A stretch of DNA of 64,000 nt from a virus: positions 27,914 through 91,913 of the IMG/VR virus record IMGVR_UViG_3300027742_000001. One strand, given 5' to 3'. Shown piece by piece: positions 1 through 10,085 of the stretch (position 1 is the first letter of the stretch; every line of letters begins with the position of its first letter). Under the pieces are notes generated by a model, which saw only the letters and a program-made list of their open reading frames with translations, was not told where the DNA came from and did no database searches. The position numbers and the translations under genes are program-made.

Positions 1-1
1 G

Positions 2-187
2 GAAGGATGTTACTTGAGTACTCAAGCATGGGGGAATGCTCACCACGAAGTTGATGAGGAATCTATGGTAGAGATTTGTAGATGTACTCCTAGTCAAGCT
101 AAATATAGACTAAGGGAATTAATGGATAAATATCATTTGAAAAAGGACACTTCTTGTGCATTATGTGGTAGGGATACACTTGAATGA
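2..187 (+). CDS. 3' end of a hypothetical protein (partial)
   Basis: Open frame from base 2 (...KKDTSCALCGRDTLE*); its stop overlaps the next start (ATGA). Confidence 0.6.
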   Translation, partial: EGCYLSTQAWGNAHHEVDEESMVEICRCTPSQAKYRLRELMDKYHLKKDTSCALCGRDTLE

Positions 188-1881
188 TAAAGATTAAGAA
201 AATAGAAGTTCAAGGGTTTTGGCTCTTGAATGATACTGTAATAGATTTTGAAGGGAAAGATGGTTTGATAAATCTTGTAGGGATTAACTCTGATGCTTTT
301 AGTTCAAATGGTTCGGGTAAGAGTACATTGCCTAGCCTTATTTGTCAAGCACTTTACAACAAGAACTTATTAAACAAACCCCAAAAAGAAATATTGAATA
401 AACATACTAATAAAAAGTTCTTCTGTAAAATGTATTTAGATATTACTAAAGATAACATTACAGAAGAAGTCCTTATTGAAAGAGATTATTCAAGAAACTT
501 TTTTGAGTACTACGTTAATGATATTCCTTCGGGATATAATAATAAAGTAGAAAAACAAAATCAGTTAGAAAAGTTATTAGGTTTAAGTTATAATACCTTT
601 AACAAATTGTTCTTTTTAAGCCCTCAAAGGGTTAGTTTATTTAGTACTGCTGAGGATAATGCTCAAAGTAATTTTATTAAAGAGTTATTGAGTTTAGAAT
701 TTATTACAGATATTAATAAAAGAGCTGATTTAGAGTTAAAGTCTTTGAAGTTAGAATTAGAAACAAAACTTAAAGAACAAGATATGTTAATTAAGCAATC
801 TGATTTTATTAAAGAACAATTAAATTTAGTAAAGGTTTCTTCATTTGATACTGCTGAATTAGGTCTTAAAGTAGAAAAACTTGAGGAAATACAATATAAT
901 AAATCTAAAAAAGAAAAAGAGTTCAAAAGTCTTAATAAAGAAGTAAAAGATACTGAAAGTAAAATCAATAACTTAACTTCTTCAATAGACTTTTTGAAAC
1001 AACAACAAACTCAAAACGATAAAGTATTAAATCTTAATAAATGTCCTACTTGTAAACAAGAGATTAAGAATATTGATGATTTAAGAAATGAGTTCAAAGG
1101 TTTTCAAGAACAAATTACAGATTTAGCTACTCAAAGAAAAGAGATTAAAGATAATAACTTAGGAAGATATTCTGTCTTAAAAGGTTTGAAAACAGAGTTA
1201 GAAAAGATTACTAAAGACGAAATCCTTTTAGAGAATGATATTAAAAGACTCCAAGAGTTAAAAGCTCAAGGGGAAACTTCGGATAAAACAACTCTAAGGA
1301 ATAAACTAAGAAAAGATTTAGCTAAAGTTAATGAAGATATAGTTACTAATGAAATATCTTTAACAGAATTTAGGAATAAAGTTTATGTTTATGAACTTAT
1401 TAAGGCTTGTACGGGTGCAAAAGGTTTTGTAAAAGAACGAATAAATCTTTTCATTGAATTATTTAATGGAACACTTGATAGGATTAGCTCTAAGGCACTA
1501 GGAAGAGAGATAAACATTTGGGTAGAGAAAACTACAAAAGATTCTTTCGAGCTTATTTATAAGGAACAGGGGCTTTTACAAAGGTATCAAGATTTAAGTT
1601 CAGGAACGCAACGAAGAGTAGATATTCTTTTATGTTTAGCATTAAACTTATCTATTAAAACTTTAACGGGAGTAGAAGTTAATCTACTATTCTTAGATGA
1701 AGTTTTATCTAATATTGATGATAGTGGAAAAGAGGAAATAGGAAAGTTACTTAGATATATTACTAAAGAGTTTCCTAATAAATCAATTATAACAGTACAC
1801 CATGGAGAAACTATCGAAAGTGATTATACTTTAAATGTTACAAGAGAAGATAATCAATCAATAATATCTTGGGAGGAATAA
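184..1881 (+). CDS. Rad50/SbcC/T4 gp46-like recombination exonuclease ATPase subunit
   Basis: Walker A NGSGKS, coiled coil with CPTC zinc hook, LSSG signature, LFLDE Walker B, TVHH H-loop. Confidence 0.93.
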   Translation: MIKIKKIEVQGFWLLNDTVIDFEGKDGLINLVGINSDAFSSNGSGKSTLPSLICQALYNKNLLNKPQKEILNKHTNKKFFCKMYLDITKDNITEEVLIERDYSRNFFEYYVNDIPSGYNNKVEKQNQLEKLLGLSYNTFNKLFFLSPQRVSLFSTAEDNAQSNFIKELLSLEFITDINKRADLELKSLKLELETKLKEQDMLIKQSDFIKEQLNLVKVSSFDTAELGLKVEKLEEIQYNKSKKEKEFKSLNKEVKDTESKINNLTSSIDFLKQQQTQNDKVLNLNKCPTCKQEIKNIDDLRNEFKGFQEQITDLATQRKEIKDNNLGRYSVLKGLKTELEKITKDEILLENDIKRLQELKAQGETSDKTTLRNKLRKDLAKVNEDIVTNEISLTEFRNKVYVYELIKACTGAKGFVKERINLFIELFNGTLDRISSKALGREINIWVEKTTKDSFELIYKEQGLLQRYQDLSSGTQRRVDILLCLALNLSIKTLTGVEVNLLFLDEVLSNIDDSGKEEIGKLLRYITKEFPNKSIITVHHGETIESDYTLNVTREDNQSIISWEE

Positions 1882-1890
1882 CCTTCTAAG
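1868..1890 (+). terminator. hairpin over the stop codon, probable terminator
   Basis: cttgggagg-aataa-ccttctaag stem with G-U pairs; same style as other hairpins at operon ends. Confidence 0.5.
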
Positions 1891-1960
1891 ATATTTACTA
1901 CAAATACTACTTAAATTAACATAAAAACTACAATAATAACATTTACTTGTTAATAACACA

Positions 1961-1996
1961 TTTTTAAGCAAACTTTAATAAATTCTTTGTTATACT
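1961..1996 (+). promoter_or_regulatory. sigma70-type promoter (TTAAG..TTAA..TGnTATACT)
   Basis: tttaagcaaactttaataaattctttgttatact, followed by an AAGGAGG RBS; the motif recurs about 10 times in the window. Confidence 0.7.
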
Positions 1997-2025
1997 TCTT
2001 TGTAAATAAAATTTAAGGAGGAAAA

Positions 2026-2442
2026 ATGCGTATAACAAAGTTAATGAAACTAAGAGATGAAGTATGCCCTATATGTGGAGAACCTAAAGATATTTGTCCT
2101 AGTGAAGAATCATGTCCATATAGGATTAGGGATATTAATACTAATGATACAATACATGAGCAAAATTTAAAAGAGCCAAAACAAGGAGATATTGTTAAGG
2201 CAACAAGAAACTTAGGTAATTATAATTGGCAAGGAACTTATTTTGGTAAATGTAATGATATTTATTTACTAGATTTTAATGGTACTCATTGTATGGTTGC
2301 TAATAAGGTTGAAATTATACCTACTCTTACTAAAAAAGAAGCTAAACAAAAAATATCTGAAATGTTTGCTAACCCTAAAAATATATCAAGTCAAAAGGTT
2401 AGGGAAATAATTGATTTAATTGAGTTAGATAAGGAGAAATAA
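2026..2442 (+). CDS. hypothetical protein with N-terminal Cys cluster
   Basis: Strong RBS; CPIC-x5-C-x5-C. Confidence 0.75.
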   Translation: MRITKLMKLRDEVCPICGEPKDICPSEESCPYRIRDINTNDTIHEQNLKEPKQGDIVKATRNLGNYNWQGTYFGKCNDIYLLDFNGTHCMVANKVEIIPTLTKKEAKQKISEMFANPKNISSQKVREIIDLIELDKEK

Positions 2443-3966
2443 TTGGCAAAAGCTAAAGCAACAAAGAATAAAAGTAATCTAAGTATATATAATATTAAAG
2501 ATACTTTTATAAAGATTTTTTTAGAGTTCATTATTGAGTTAAATAAAATTCCTAATGCTGAACAAAAATTAAATTATCTTAGAAAGGTTTTATATAGGAA
2601 TAATGATAATAGGGCTGAGTTTAATATTGTTCATGGTTATGTTATTAAAAGAATTTTAACTTCACCAACAATTAAAGAAAGGTTTTTACCTTTAGAGAGT
2701 GATTTAGAAAAAGAAACTATAACAGGAAAACAAATAAACTTTCCTCAATTAGATTTTATGGTAGCATATGGTATTAATGAAAAAGAACTTAGACCTTATT
2801 TTGAGGAATATATTTATTCAGAAAAAGGTTTCTTACAAAAGTTCTTAGTAGATTTTATTAATGGAGAGAATGTTTATAAAATCCCTAAAGATATGCTTAA
2901 AGAACTTTGGGATAATAAAAGACTTAGAGTTCAAGAGTACATGACTTTAGATGATGATTTATCTTTACATTATCATTTTATAGGTATGCCCCCTTATTTA
3001 TATAAGCAACAAGTTTATAAGTACCTTGATTTAAAATCTTTTAATAATACTAAGTTCAAAGGGCTTGTTATTCCAACTGATGTTGAGATACATTCTTATT
3101 TTAAAGAACGAAATAGAAAAGCTAGAAGATTTTATGCTTGGCAAAGAACTCTTGAATGGGATAATAATGATACAAAATATAATATAAGATATCCTTGTGT
3201 ACTTTATAAAGGTTCTTTAGTTAAGAAAAGAAAGTTATTATATTTTGTTAGATTAGGAAGTCTTTTAAGGACTAATATTGAGGGAATGTTATTGAATTAT
3301 TTTGAAACAGTATTTAAGAAAGGTTTTTCTAAAAGGTTACTCTTTGTGGGGTATCTTAATGAGGATAACTCTTTAGATATTATGGTAATGACTGAGAATA
3401 AACAACTTACTAATTGTTTTGTTACGGAAAAAGCCTTTCAAATGAATTACAACTATTCTACTTTAACAAAGGATTATAAGAAAATAAGAAAAAACATGGA
3501 ATTCTATGCAGATGAATTTAATATTAAAAAGTTAAAATTGCATAAGTCCGAGGGTTTTGTATTTCATTCTTTACATTATTTGTTAAATTATATGTTGTTG
3601 AATATTGCTCAAGGAGATAAAAGACCTCTAACAATTATGTTTAGGAACTTTTTAATGATAACTAATGGGTTAAATATTAGAAAAGCTCTTATGACAAGAT
3701 ATGAGTCAAAGATACAAGTAGCACATTTTACATATTTAGATACAAAGGAGGAGTTTAATTTACATAGGTCAAGGTTATCTGAAACAGTAGAGATTATACC
3801 TAACTTTCTTAATCAAGAAGTTCATATATTTGAGTTTGAAAGAGGAGGTAGATTTGGGTTATTAGCACCAATGAAGTCTTTTAAGTTCAGCGAAGAGAGT
3901 TATTCCGAAAAGGTGAGCAAGTTAAGACAGTTTAGTCAAGTATTTGCTGAGAAAGATAAATTTTAA
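2443..3966 (+). CDS. large hypothetical protein (507 aa)
   Basis: Long ORF, AAGGAG RBS, TTG start; no family recognised. Confidence 0.8.
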   Translation: MAKAKATKNKSNLSIYNIKDTFIKIFLEFIIELNKIPNAEQKLNYLRKVLYRNNDNRAEFNIVHGYVIKRILTSPTIKERFLPLESDLEKETITGKQINFPQLDFMVAYGINEKELRPYFEEYIYSEKGFLQKFLVDFINGENVYKIPKDMLKELWDNKRLRVQEYMTLDDDLSLHYHFIGMPPYLYKQQVYKYLDLKSFNNTKFKGLVIPTDVEIHSYFKERNRKARRFYAWQRTLEWDNNDTKYNIRYPCVLYKGSLVKKRKLLYFVRLGSLLRTNIEGMLLNYFETVFKKGFSKRLLFVGYLNEDNSLDIMVMTENKQLTNCFVTEKAFQMNYNYSTLTKDYKKIRKNMEFYADEFNIKKLKLHKSEGFVFHSLHYLLNYMLLNIAQGDKRPLTIMFRNFLMITNGLNIRKALMTRYESKIQVAHFTYLDTKEEFNLHRSRLSETVEIIPNFLNQEVHIFEFERGGRFGLLAPMKSFKFSEESYSEKVSKLRQFSQVFAEKDKF

Positions 3967-3978
3967 AAAGGAGAATAA

Positions 3979-4155
3979 ATGAAAAAGATACAAGGATACG
4001 TTTCAACAGGATATGTTGGTTGTGATGGGGAGTTTGAATTTGAGGTTGAAGAAGATACTCCCGAAGATAAAATTCACGAAATTGCTTTAGATTGTCTATT
4101 TGAAACTATTGAGTGGAGTTGGTGGGAAGTTAAAGATGAGGAAAAAGAATGTTAA
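3979..4155 (+). CDS. small acidic hypothetical protein (58 aa, not in the ORF track)
   Basis: AAGGAG RBS; MKKIQGYVSTGYVGCDGEFEFEVEED...IEWSWWEV, a typical small phage protein. Confidence 0.75.
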   Translation: MKKIQGYVSTGYVGCDGEFEFEVEEDTPEDKIHEIALDCLFETIEWSWWEVKDEEKEC

Positions 4156-4364
4156 AAAAGGAACTCATTGAAAAGTTACAAAATGAGATAAATAAGTTAA
4201 AGGAATTTCCCGATAAAGCAAAGTTCAATGAGATTGTTCTGATAAAGGAAAAGCCTAAATGCCCTCAATGTGGGGAATATGAAGGTAAGAACTTTTCTAG
4301 TGGAGGTTTTATTTATCATCAAGAATATTGTAAATCTTGTGGATATAGTTTTACTGAGGAATAG
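4149..4364 (+). CDS. small zinc-ribbon protein
   Basis: CPQC...CKSC. Confidence 0.7.
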   Translation: MLKKELIEKLQNEINKLKEFPDKAKFNEIVLIKEKPKCPQCGEYEGKNFSSGGFIYHQEYCKSCGYSFTEE

Positions 4365-4498
4365 GTTACAAAAGTATTGCATATAATAATGTGCAAAGAT
4401 AGCTATTGAAGGTTATTTCATGCAATATATGTTACTAAGGATAGTTTAAGCAAAGGTATTATATACTTTTGTTTGTAAAATAAATTTAAAGGAGAAAA

Positions 4499-5800
4499 AT
4501 GAAAACAAAGTTAATAAATGAATTCAGACAAAGGTTTGATTTGAGTGAGGAAGATTGGGGAATGTTCTTAGCAGAGTATCAAGAAAAGGATAAACCTTTA
4601 AGAACTCTTTGTGAGGATTATGATATTGAGTATAATGCTTTTAGATATTGTTCTTATCAATTAGGTTTAGATAATGGTACTAAAGCAAGTCGTGTTGAGA
4701 GTATTCTTAAATTAAATAAAGACTTAATGAGAGAACAAGGTAAAGAGTATAGTGTAGAACATGAACTAGAAAGAGAATTAGAGAGTATTGTTAAGAAAAA
4801 TAGACAATTAGTTAGAGGTATTACCCATGCTCGTGATGAGAATAATCATTTAAGAAAGCTTATGAGGGAAGAGGATAGAGAATATAACTTTTATGAGTCA
4901 ATTTATAATGATATTCAACACTCACTAACTGTTTTTAAAGATACTAATTTTCCTAAAAATAATTTAAAACTTATTGATAGGAAAGATTTAAGAAAAGATA
5001 ATACTAAAGCATTTGTCTTATTATCAGATTTGCATTATAATGAATTAGTTAAAGGTCAATTTATAGAAAACCATAATGAATTTGATACTCAGATTTGTTT
5101 GGATGGTATTGATACAACTTTATTTGAAGTTCAGAAATATGAAGCTGATATTTTAAAGATATACTTAGGTGGAGACTTACTTGCAGGTAAAATTCATGGA
5201 TTAGACTTAAAAGGTCAAGTTCCAGTAACACAATCTGTTATAGAATTAGCAAAGTTTTTAGCAGATAGAATTAATACCCTAGCAACTCAGTATAAACATA
5301 TTGATATTATAGCTGTTAATGGTAATCATAGTAGATTAGGTTTATTACCTGTTAGAGATTTAAAAGCTTTTGACTTTGAACACTTAATGTATGAAATAAT
5401 GTTAAGTCATATTAACCAAGATAATGTTAAATCACATTATAGCAATAGTGGTTATGCCATTGATAATATTGGTACAGAAGATAACCCTAAATATTTAGGA
5501 CTTCATCATATGGATATGAAAAGATTTAATCCAACAAATGAATCAGATGTATTAAAGCAATTTGAAATGTTTGATGAATTATTTAATATTAGGGTTATGT
5601 CTATAATGGGAGGACACCAACATAAACCAGTCTTTACTGCTAATAGTAGAGGAGGTAGTTGTTTTATAAATGGTTGTGTTAGTGGTTCTAGTGAATATGG
5701 ATTTAACTCAGACTTCTTACCTTTATATCCTTTTCAATGGGTTGGTGTATGGAATCCTAATGGTTACGCAGATGAACAAAAATGTGTAAGAATAAGATAA
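4499..5800 (+). CDS. calcineurin-like metallophosphoesterase with N-terminal coiled coil
   Basis: SDLH, GGD, GNH and GHQH motifs in the correct order; own promoter at about 4446-4468. Confidence 0.85.
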   Translation: MKTKLINEFRQRFDLSEEDWGMFLAEYQEKDKPLRTLCEDYDIEYNAFRYCSYQLGLDNGTKASRVESILKLNKDLMREQGKEYSVEHELERELESIVKKNRQLVRGITHARDENNHLRKLMREEDREYNFYESIYNDIQHSLTVFKDTNFPKNNLKLIDRKDLRKDNTKAFVLLSDLHYNELVKGQFIENHNEFDTQICLDGIDTTLFEVQKYEADILKIYLGGDLLAGKIHGLDLKGQVPVTQSVIELAKFLADRINTLATQYKHIDIIAVNGNHSRLGLLPVRDLKAFDFEHLMYEIMLSHINQDNVKSHYSNSGYAIDNIGTEDNPKYLGLHHMDMKRFNPTNESDVLKQFEMFDELFNIRVMSIMGGHQHKPVFTANSRGGSCFINGCVSGSSEYGFNSDFLPLYPFQWVGVWNPNGYADEQKCVRIR

Positions 5801-5828
5801 CTATTAAATATTTATGTAAGGAGAAAAA

Positions 5829-6035
5829 ATGAAAAAACAAGAAGCTCTAGAAAGGATAAAACTTCTAGAGCAAGTTATTAATGAAAAGTCAAGACAAGTA
5901 AACCCCAATATAAGTTACTCTTTAAATGATATAATATCAGGTAAATTATCTAAATGTCCTAATCAGAAACTTCTTAATGAAATATTTACTTGTCAAGATG
6001 AAATAAAAAACTTACAAAAATCTTTGGAGGATTAA
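5829..6035 (+). CDS. hypothetical protein
   Basis: RBS plus ORF, followed by hairpin tggagga-ttaatt-tcctcca. Confidence 0.7.
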   Translation: MKKQEALERIKLLEQVINEKSRQVNPNISYSLNDIISGKLSKCPNQKLLNEIFTCQDEIKNLQKSLED

Positions 6036-6105
6036 TTTCCTCCACCCTTACCTCATAATATCCTTTCAAAAAAACTTTTAAAAACAACCCACAAAAACAA
6101 ACCCA

Positions 6106-6140
6106 TTTAAGCAACTTTTAATAATACTTCTTATATACTT
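6106..6140 (+). promoter_or_regulatory. sigma70-type promoter
   Basis: tttaagcaacttttaataatacttcttatatact, same motif as at 1961. Confidence 0.65.
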
Positions 6141-6188
6141 ATCTTATCGAAACAATTTAAACACATAAACACATAAAAAGGAGAAACA

Positions 6189-6518
6189 ATGTTTTATTTA
6201 GAAGAATATGGACATGATGCAGACAATAATAGATGGATGGAAGTTATTAACTTTGATATTACAGAAGATGATAAAGAGGAAATTCTTGAAGCAATTTATC
6301 CATTATTTATGGATGATAATCTTGGAGAAGTAGTAGTTCCATTGTATTGTTTTATTACAGATGATTTTGTTGATGTAGTTATTAATATTAATGATTACTT
6401 AGAAGATTTAATTGAAATGGGATTATCCGATGAAGAGTATAAAGAAGAACAAGATATTCAAGAATGGTTAAATGATTTAAAAGAAAATCTTAAAGGGGAA
6501 AGTAATGAAAAAGCTTAA
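6189..6518 (+). CDS. acidic hypothetical protein
   Basis: RBS; very D/E-rich ORF. Confidence 0.75.
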   Translation: MFYLEEYGHDADNNRWMEVINFDITEDDKEEILEAIYPLFMDDNLGEVVVPLYCFITDDFVDVVININDYLEDLIEMGLSDEEYKEEQDIQEWLNDLKENLKGESNEKA

Positions 6519-6870
6519 AGGTCTTAGAATAGTTAAGTCTAACAAAAATAGAAAGATTAATTTTAAAAAGTATTTTTATGTATTCCTTAACTCAAATAAT
6601 AAATATGAAGTAACAACGGATAAGTTCTTTATTAATAAAAGAGTTGATATAGTTCCTATCAAGTTATCTCATATAAAGATTTGGGATATATTTAAGGTAG
6701 ACCAATATAGAGATACTCCTTTATATGAATATTATGAAAGAGGTTCTTTTGAGGATTATATGGGATACTTTGTTAGAGTAAATAATTTTGTAAAAGATTA
6801 TAATGAAGAATTTGAGTACAAAATTAAACTAAATGAAGTCAAAAAAGAAAACAAGGAGGAATTATGTTAG
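6505..6870 (+). CDS. hypothetical protein
   Basis: Translationally coupled ORF with RBS. Confidence 0.7.
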   Translation: MKKLKGLRIVKSNKNRKINFKKYFYVFLNSNNKYEVTTDKFFINKRVDIVPIKLSHIKIWDIFKVDQYRDTPLYEYYERGSFEDYMGYFVRVNNFVKDYNEEFEYKIKLNEVKKENKEELC

Positions 6871-7205
6871 AAATGTTATTATTTGGGGTTATTTATTTCA
6901 TATGTATTGGTTGGTTATGTAATATTGTTATAGGCTATATTCAAATGCTTTGGTTAATGTTTGTTACTCATAAAGATATTGAAGGGTGTTATGGAGAAGC
7001 TAGGTTAAAAGAATATTGTAAAGAGTCTACTTATAAATTAATTACTTTTGAGAGGTTTATTACTCCATATTTAGGTTCTTTTAAGGTTATTGAATATATA
7101 ATTATGTATTATTATGTTAAAAGAAATTTATCCTCTTATAGAGTGTTTGACTCTTTTGATATTCTAATACAAGTTGATATTCAATTAAGTAAAAAGGAGA
7201 ATTAA
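6864..7205 (+). CDS. hypothetical membrane protein
   Basis: N-terminal hydrophobic helix; GGAGG RBS. Confidence 0.7.
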   Translation: MLEMLLFGVIYFICIGWLCNIVIGYIQMLWLMFVTHKDIEGCYGEARLKEYCKESTYKLITFERFITPYLGSFKVIEYIIMYYYVKRNLSSYRVFDSFDILIQVDIQLSKKEN

Positions 7206-7522
7206 TGAAAAAATTTACAAGAGAAATGGCTTATGAGTATATATATGATATGATTAAAGAAGGTGACTTAGACTCTTACGGAGAACACTTTGTTGATAAG
7301 ATTTATAATCAACATGAAAGAGAGTTAGAAGATATATTTCATGAAGGTGTTGAAAATGGTAATATATCTATGAAAGTTAAAATGGAAGAAGAGTTAAAAG
7401 AAAGAACTTGTGAGAATTGTAAATATTATACTTCTCCAAAATGTCCTATTGAGCTTTTTTCTGAAACTGCTTTACATTTTGAAAAACACCCTTTTTCATG
7501 TAATAGATGGGAGGATAAATAA
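7205..7522 (+). CDS. hypothetical protein with C-terminal Cys motif
   Basis: TCENCKY...C...FSCNRWE. Confidence 0.7.
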   Translation: MKKFTREMAYEYIYDMIKEGDLDSYGEHFVDKIYNQHERELEDIFHEGVENGNISMKVKMEEELKERTCENCKYYTSPKCPIELFSETALHFEKHPFSCNRWEDK

Positions 7523-7523
7523 A

Positions 7524-7934
7524 ATGAAACAAACAGAAGAAAAGATTTTATTAAAAAATTCTATTATAACACCTGACGGAACAGAATTAACTTCAAACCA
7601 TGTTTATGATTATAAATCTTACAAAGATGCTAACGGAGAGGTTTATATGAATGATGGTGGTAGAGAATATATTAGAAGGTCTGTTAATAAAGAGCCTTAT
7701 ATTGATAATTGTATTTATTCAACAGATTCCTTTGAGAGAATTCGTTCAGAACTTTCTTGGGGAACTTATGGTAAAAAAGGTACAGAAGAGTTACATTATA
7801 TAAAGTTTAAAGATATGTCAAATGCTCATATAGAAGCTATTACAACAAATTTTGTTGAAGGTCTTTTTATAAATATTCTTAAAGAAGAGCTTAAATATAG
7901 AGAATTAAATAATATTTTTGTGGAGGATAATTAA
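7524..7934 (+). CDS. conserved phage hypothetical protein (start revised to 7524)
   Basis: NSIITPDGTELTS...DANGEVYMNDGG..YIRRS...WGTYGK pattern common in phage ORFs; GGAGG lies upstream of 7524. Confidence 0.75.
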   Translation: MKQTEEKILLKNSIITPDGTELTSNHVYDYKSYKDANGEVYMNDGGREYIRRSVNKEPYIDNCIYSTDSFERIRSELSWGTYGKKGTEELHYIKFKDMSNAHIEAITTNFVEGLFINILKEELKYRELNNIFVEDN

Positions 7935-8441
7935 ATGTTTGGTGAGGGAGAGATAGGTAGAGTAAAAAATGTATTTACAAAGTTGCACTTTAGTTTGATT
8001 CCTAATGAGGAGGAGGCATATAATAATAGTTATACTTATGTAACAAACTATGATAATTACAAAGGATATAGTATTGAAGTTTATGAATCGGAAAACTTTG
8101 TAGCAGATACTTGTTATAATTTAGAGGTTGAAGATGACTTCTTTTGTGAGTACGATTTAACATATAGATACTTTAATATAAAAAGATTAGTAAAGGAATA
8201 TGAAATAAAACCTTTAGAAATATGTACTATTTTAGTTAATTATGATATGGTTTATACAAAAGGTTGGACTGATTGTGGATACGAGTATGATATGGAATTA
8301 GATATTAAAGAAGTACAAGTAAATAGACATCAAAACTTAGAATTTAATACAATGTATAAAACAATACTCCCTAAATGGACTAAGTACCCAATTAAAATGG
8401 AGTATAATAAAAATAGATTATGGGAAAAGTTAGTTGATTAA
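7935..8441 (+). CDS. hypothetical protein
   Basis: GGAGG RBS plus ORF. Confidence 0.7.
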   Translation: MFGEGEIGRVKNVFTKLHFSLIPNEEEAYNNSYTYVTNYDNYKGYSIEVYESENFVADTCYNLEVEDDFFCEYDLTYRYFNIKRLVKEYEIKPLEICTILVNYDMVYTKGWTDCGYEYDMELDIKEVQVNRHQNLEFNTMYKTILPKWTKYPIKMEYNKNRLWEKLVD

Positions 8442-8502
8442 GCTTATTTTAATAAAAGGTATTGTACAATTATATTATCAAAACAAACAAAAAGGAGAAT
8501 AT

Positions 8503-8865
8503 ATGAAAGATTTAAATATACCAATTTATAGAGCAAAAAAGATTGATAGTGATGAATATGTAATAGGTTATTATTTAAAAATGGGTAGTACACATTATAT
8601 TTATAGAAATAAAATGTTTGAGGGGGTTATATGTGTTGATAAATTAACCTTAGCAATACATTTTCCTAATATGTTAGATAGTGACTATAATCCAATATTT
8701 GCTAGTTTATCAGAAGATGGGAAAGGTGGTGATATATGTAGTTTTAGTGACCATAAAGATTTAACAGCAATGTGGAATTCATATTCTTTAGATTTTGATT
8801 TTGGTAATGTAAGAGATATGAAAAACTATCACATGGACTGCAAAGTAGTAGGAATACAAGAATAA
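8503..8865 (+). CDS. YopX-like protein (start revised to 8503)
   Basis: IYRAKKIDSDEYVIGY...GGDI...KVVG pattern; promoter at about 8438-8470 and AAGGAG RBS. Confidence 0.6.
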   Translation: MKDLNIPIYRAKKIDSDEYVIGYYLKMGSTHYIYRNKMFEGVICVDKLTLAIHFPNMLDSDYNPIFASLSEDGKGGDICSFSDHKDLTAMWNSYSLDFDFGNVRDMKNYHMDCKVVGIQE

Positions 8866-8882
8866 AATAAAAAGGAGAAAAT

Positions 8883-9278
8883 ATGAAAACAAGTTTAACA
8901 AGTTTAAAAAGAGGCATCAAGATAAGTATTCTAAGTATATTATTTAGTTCAGCATTATTTACAGACACTTTTGCTGAGGGTATTAATCCAAATACTCTTT
9001 CAAATAATTGTGACAAATATAGAGTTTACTTAATAGAGTTCAATAAGACTTTATCTCAAGTTATTTCTGAGTATCAAAAAGGTTTTATAACTTCTGAGGA
9101 TAGTTATAGTTTAGTATCTAAATTATCAGATGATATTAATAAAGTTAAAGTTAAGTTATTCTGTGATGTAAATAATACAACTGATTTAACTGTTATTGAA
9201 GCAAGTATTAATTCAAAAGCCCAAGCAAGAAAACTTAGGTTAATGTTTTTACAAGAGATGGGTTTAAGAGATTATTAA
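8883..9278 (+). CDS. putative exported protein
   Basis: Signal-peptide-like N-terminus ending TFA; two Cys. Confidence 0.65.
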   Translation: MKTSLTSLKRGIKISILSILFSSALFTDTFAEGINPNTLSNNCDKYRVYLIEFNKTLSQVISEYQKGFITSEDSYSLVSKLSDDINKVKVKLFCDVNNTTDLTVIEASINSKAQARKLRLMFLQEMGLRDY

Positions 9279-9301
9279 AGAAAAAATTAAAAGGAGAAAA
9301 T

Positions 9302-9520
9302 ATGAAATTAAAAGTTAAAGTACAAACATTTAAAGATAGTGGAAAATTCTATGATGAATGGGAGCATGAAGTTATTACAGATAATCCTATTGCTTGGTAT
9401 GAAGTTATTGAGGATATTAGGGAGCTGAAAGAAAAAGGTAAACTGCCTCAAAGTAATATGACTTATGTTGTATCAGAAAGTCTTTGTGGTAATTATGGTT
9501 TCCCTCAAATGATTAAATAA
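9302..9520 (+). CDS. hypothetical protein
   Basis: RBS; FKDSGKFY motif seen in small phage proteins. Confidence 0.7.
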   Translation: MKLKVKVQTFKDSGKFYDEWEHEVITDNPIAWYEVIEDIRELKEKGKLPQSNMTYVVSESLCGNYGFPQMIK

Positions 9521-9528
9521 GGAGAAAT

Positions 9529-9840
9529 ATGAAATTACATGGTGTTATAAAAGATTACTTAAAAGAATTAAGAGAGAAAACTAAAGATAAAGGTATTAAA
9601 GGGTACATTATTTTAGATAATACTTATGATTTATACCCTTTAATAAGTATCACTAAAAAGAATGTTTATTATTTAAAAGATAAAGAACTCATAAAGTTAA
9701 GTTCACAGGGTAGAGTAAAAGGGATTTATGAAACAGAAGATGAAGCAATAGTGTTTTTGAAAGAAGCTAAATATAAACTAATTGAATTACATAATAGTAC
9801 AGATTATGCTATAAAAAATATAGAAAGGCAAATTAAATAA
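9529..9840 (+). CDS. hypothetical protein
   Basis: RBS plus ORF. Confidence 0.7.
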   Translation: MKLHGVIKDYLKELREKTKDKGIKGYIILDNTYDLYPLISITKKNVYYLKDKELIKLSSQGRVKGIYETEDEAIVFLKEAKYKLIELHNSTDYAIKNIERQIK

Positions 9841-9914
9841 TGTATAATTTATATAAATTAAAGGTTTCTCAAAAAATTTGGGATAAAATTTAGAAATAAG
9901 AAAAGGAGTTTTAG

Positions 9915-10085
9915 ATGACAGAAGAAGAGTTTGAAGATTTAATAGGAGAGAATTGGTATTTATATGCAAATTTAATGAGTGACTTATCTTCATTATTAGA
10001 TAATATAAGTTTAGAAGTAAAAGATGATGATAAATATGCAACGTTTATTAAAGAGTTAAGAGCAAGACTATTGGAAGAATTATGA
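9915..10085 (+). CDS. small hypothetical protein (56 aa, not in the ORF track)
   Basis: AAGGAG RBS; MTEEEFEDLIGENWY...; ATGA overlap with the next gene. Confidence 0.65.
   Translation: MTEEEFEDLIGENWYLYANLMSDLSSLLDNISLEVKDDDKYATFIKELRARLLEEL

Noticed and set aside
663-968. Antisense ORFs in the track (e.g. 663-968, 4197-4382, 15255-15479, 23336-23575, 25703-25987, 34544-34906, 35215-35637, 49837-50232, 60788-61057)
   Set aside because: They lie opposite well-supported genes, lack an RBS, and have the S/L/I/F-rich composition of reverse-frame shadows.
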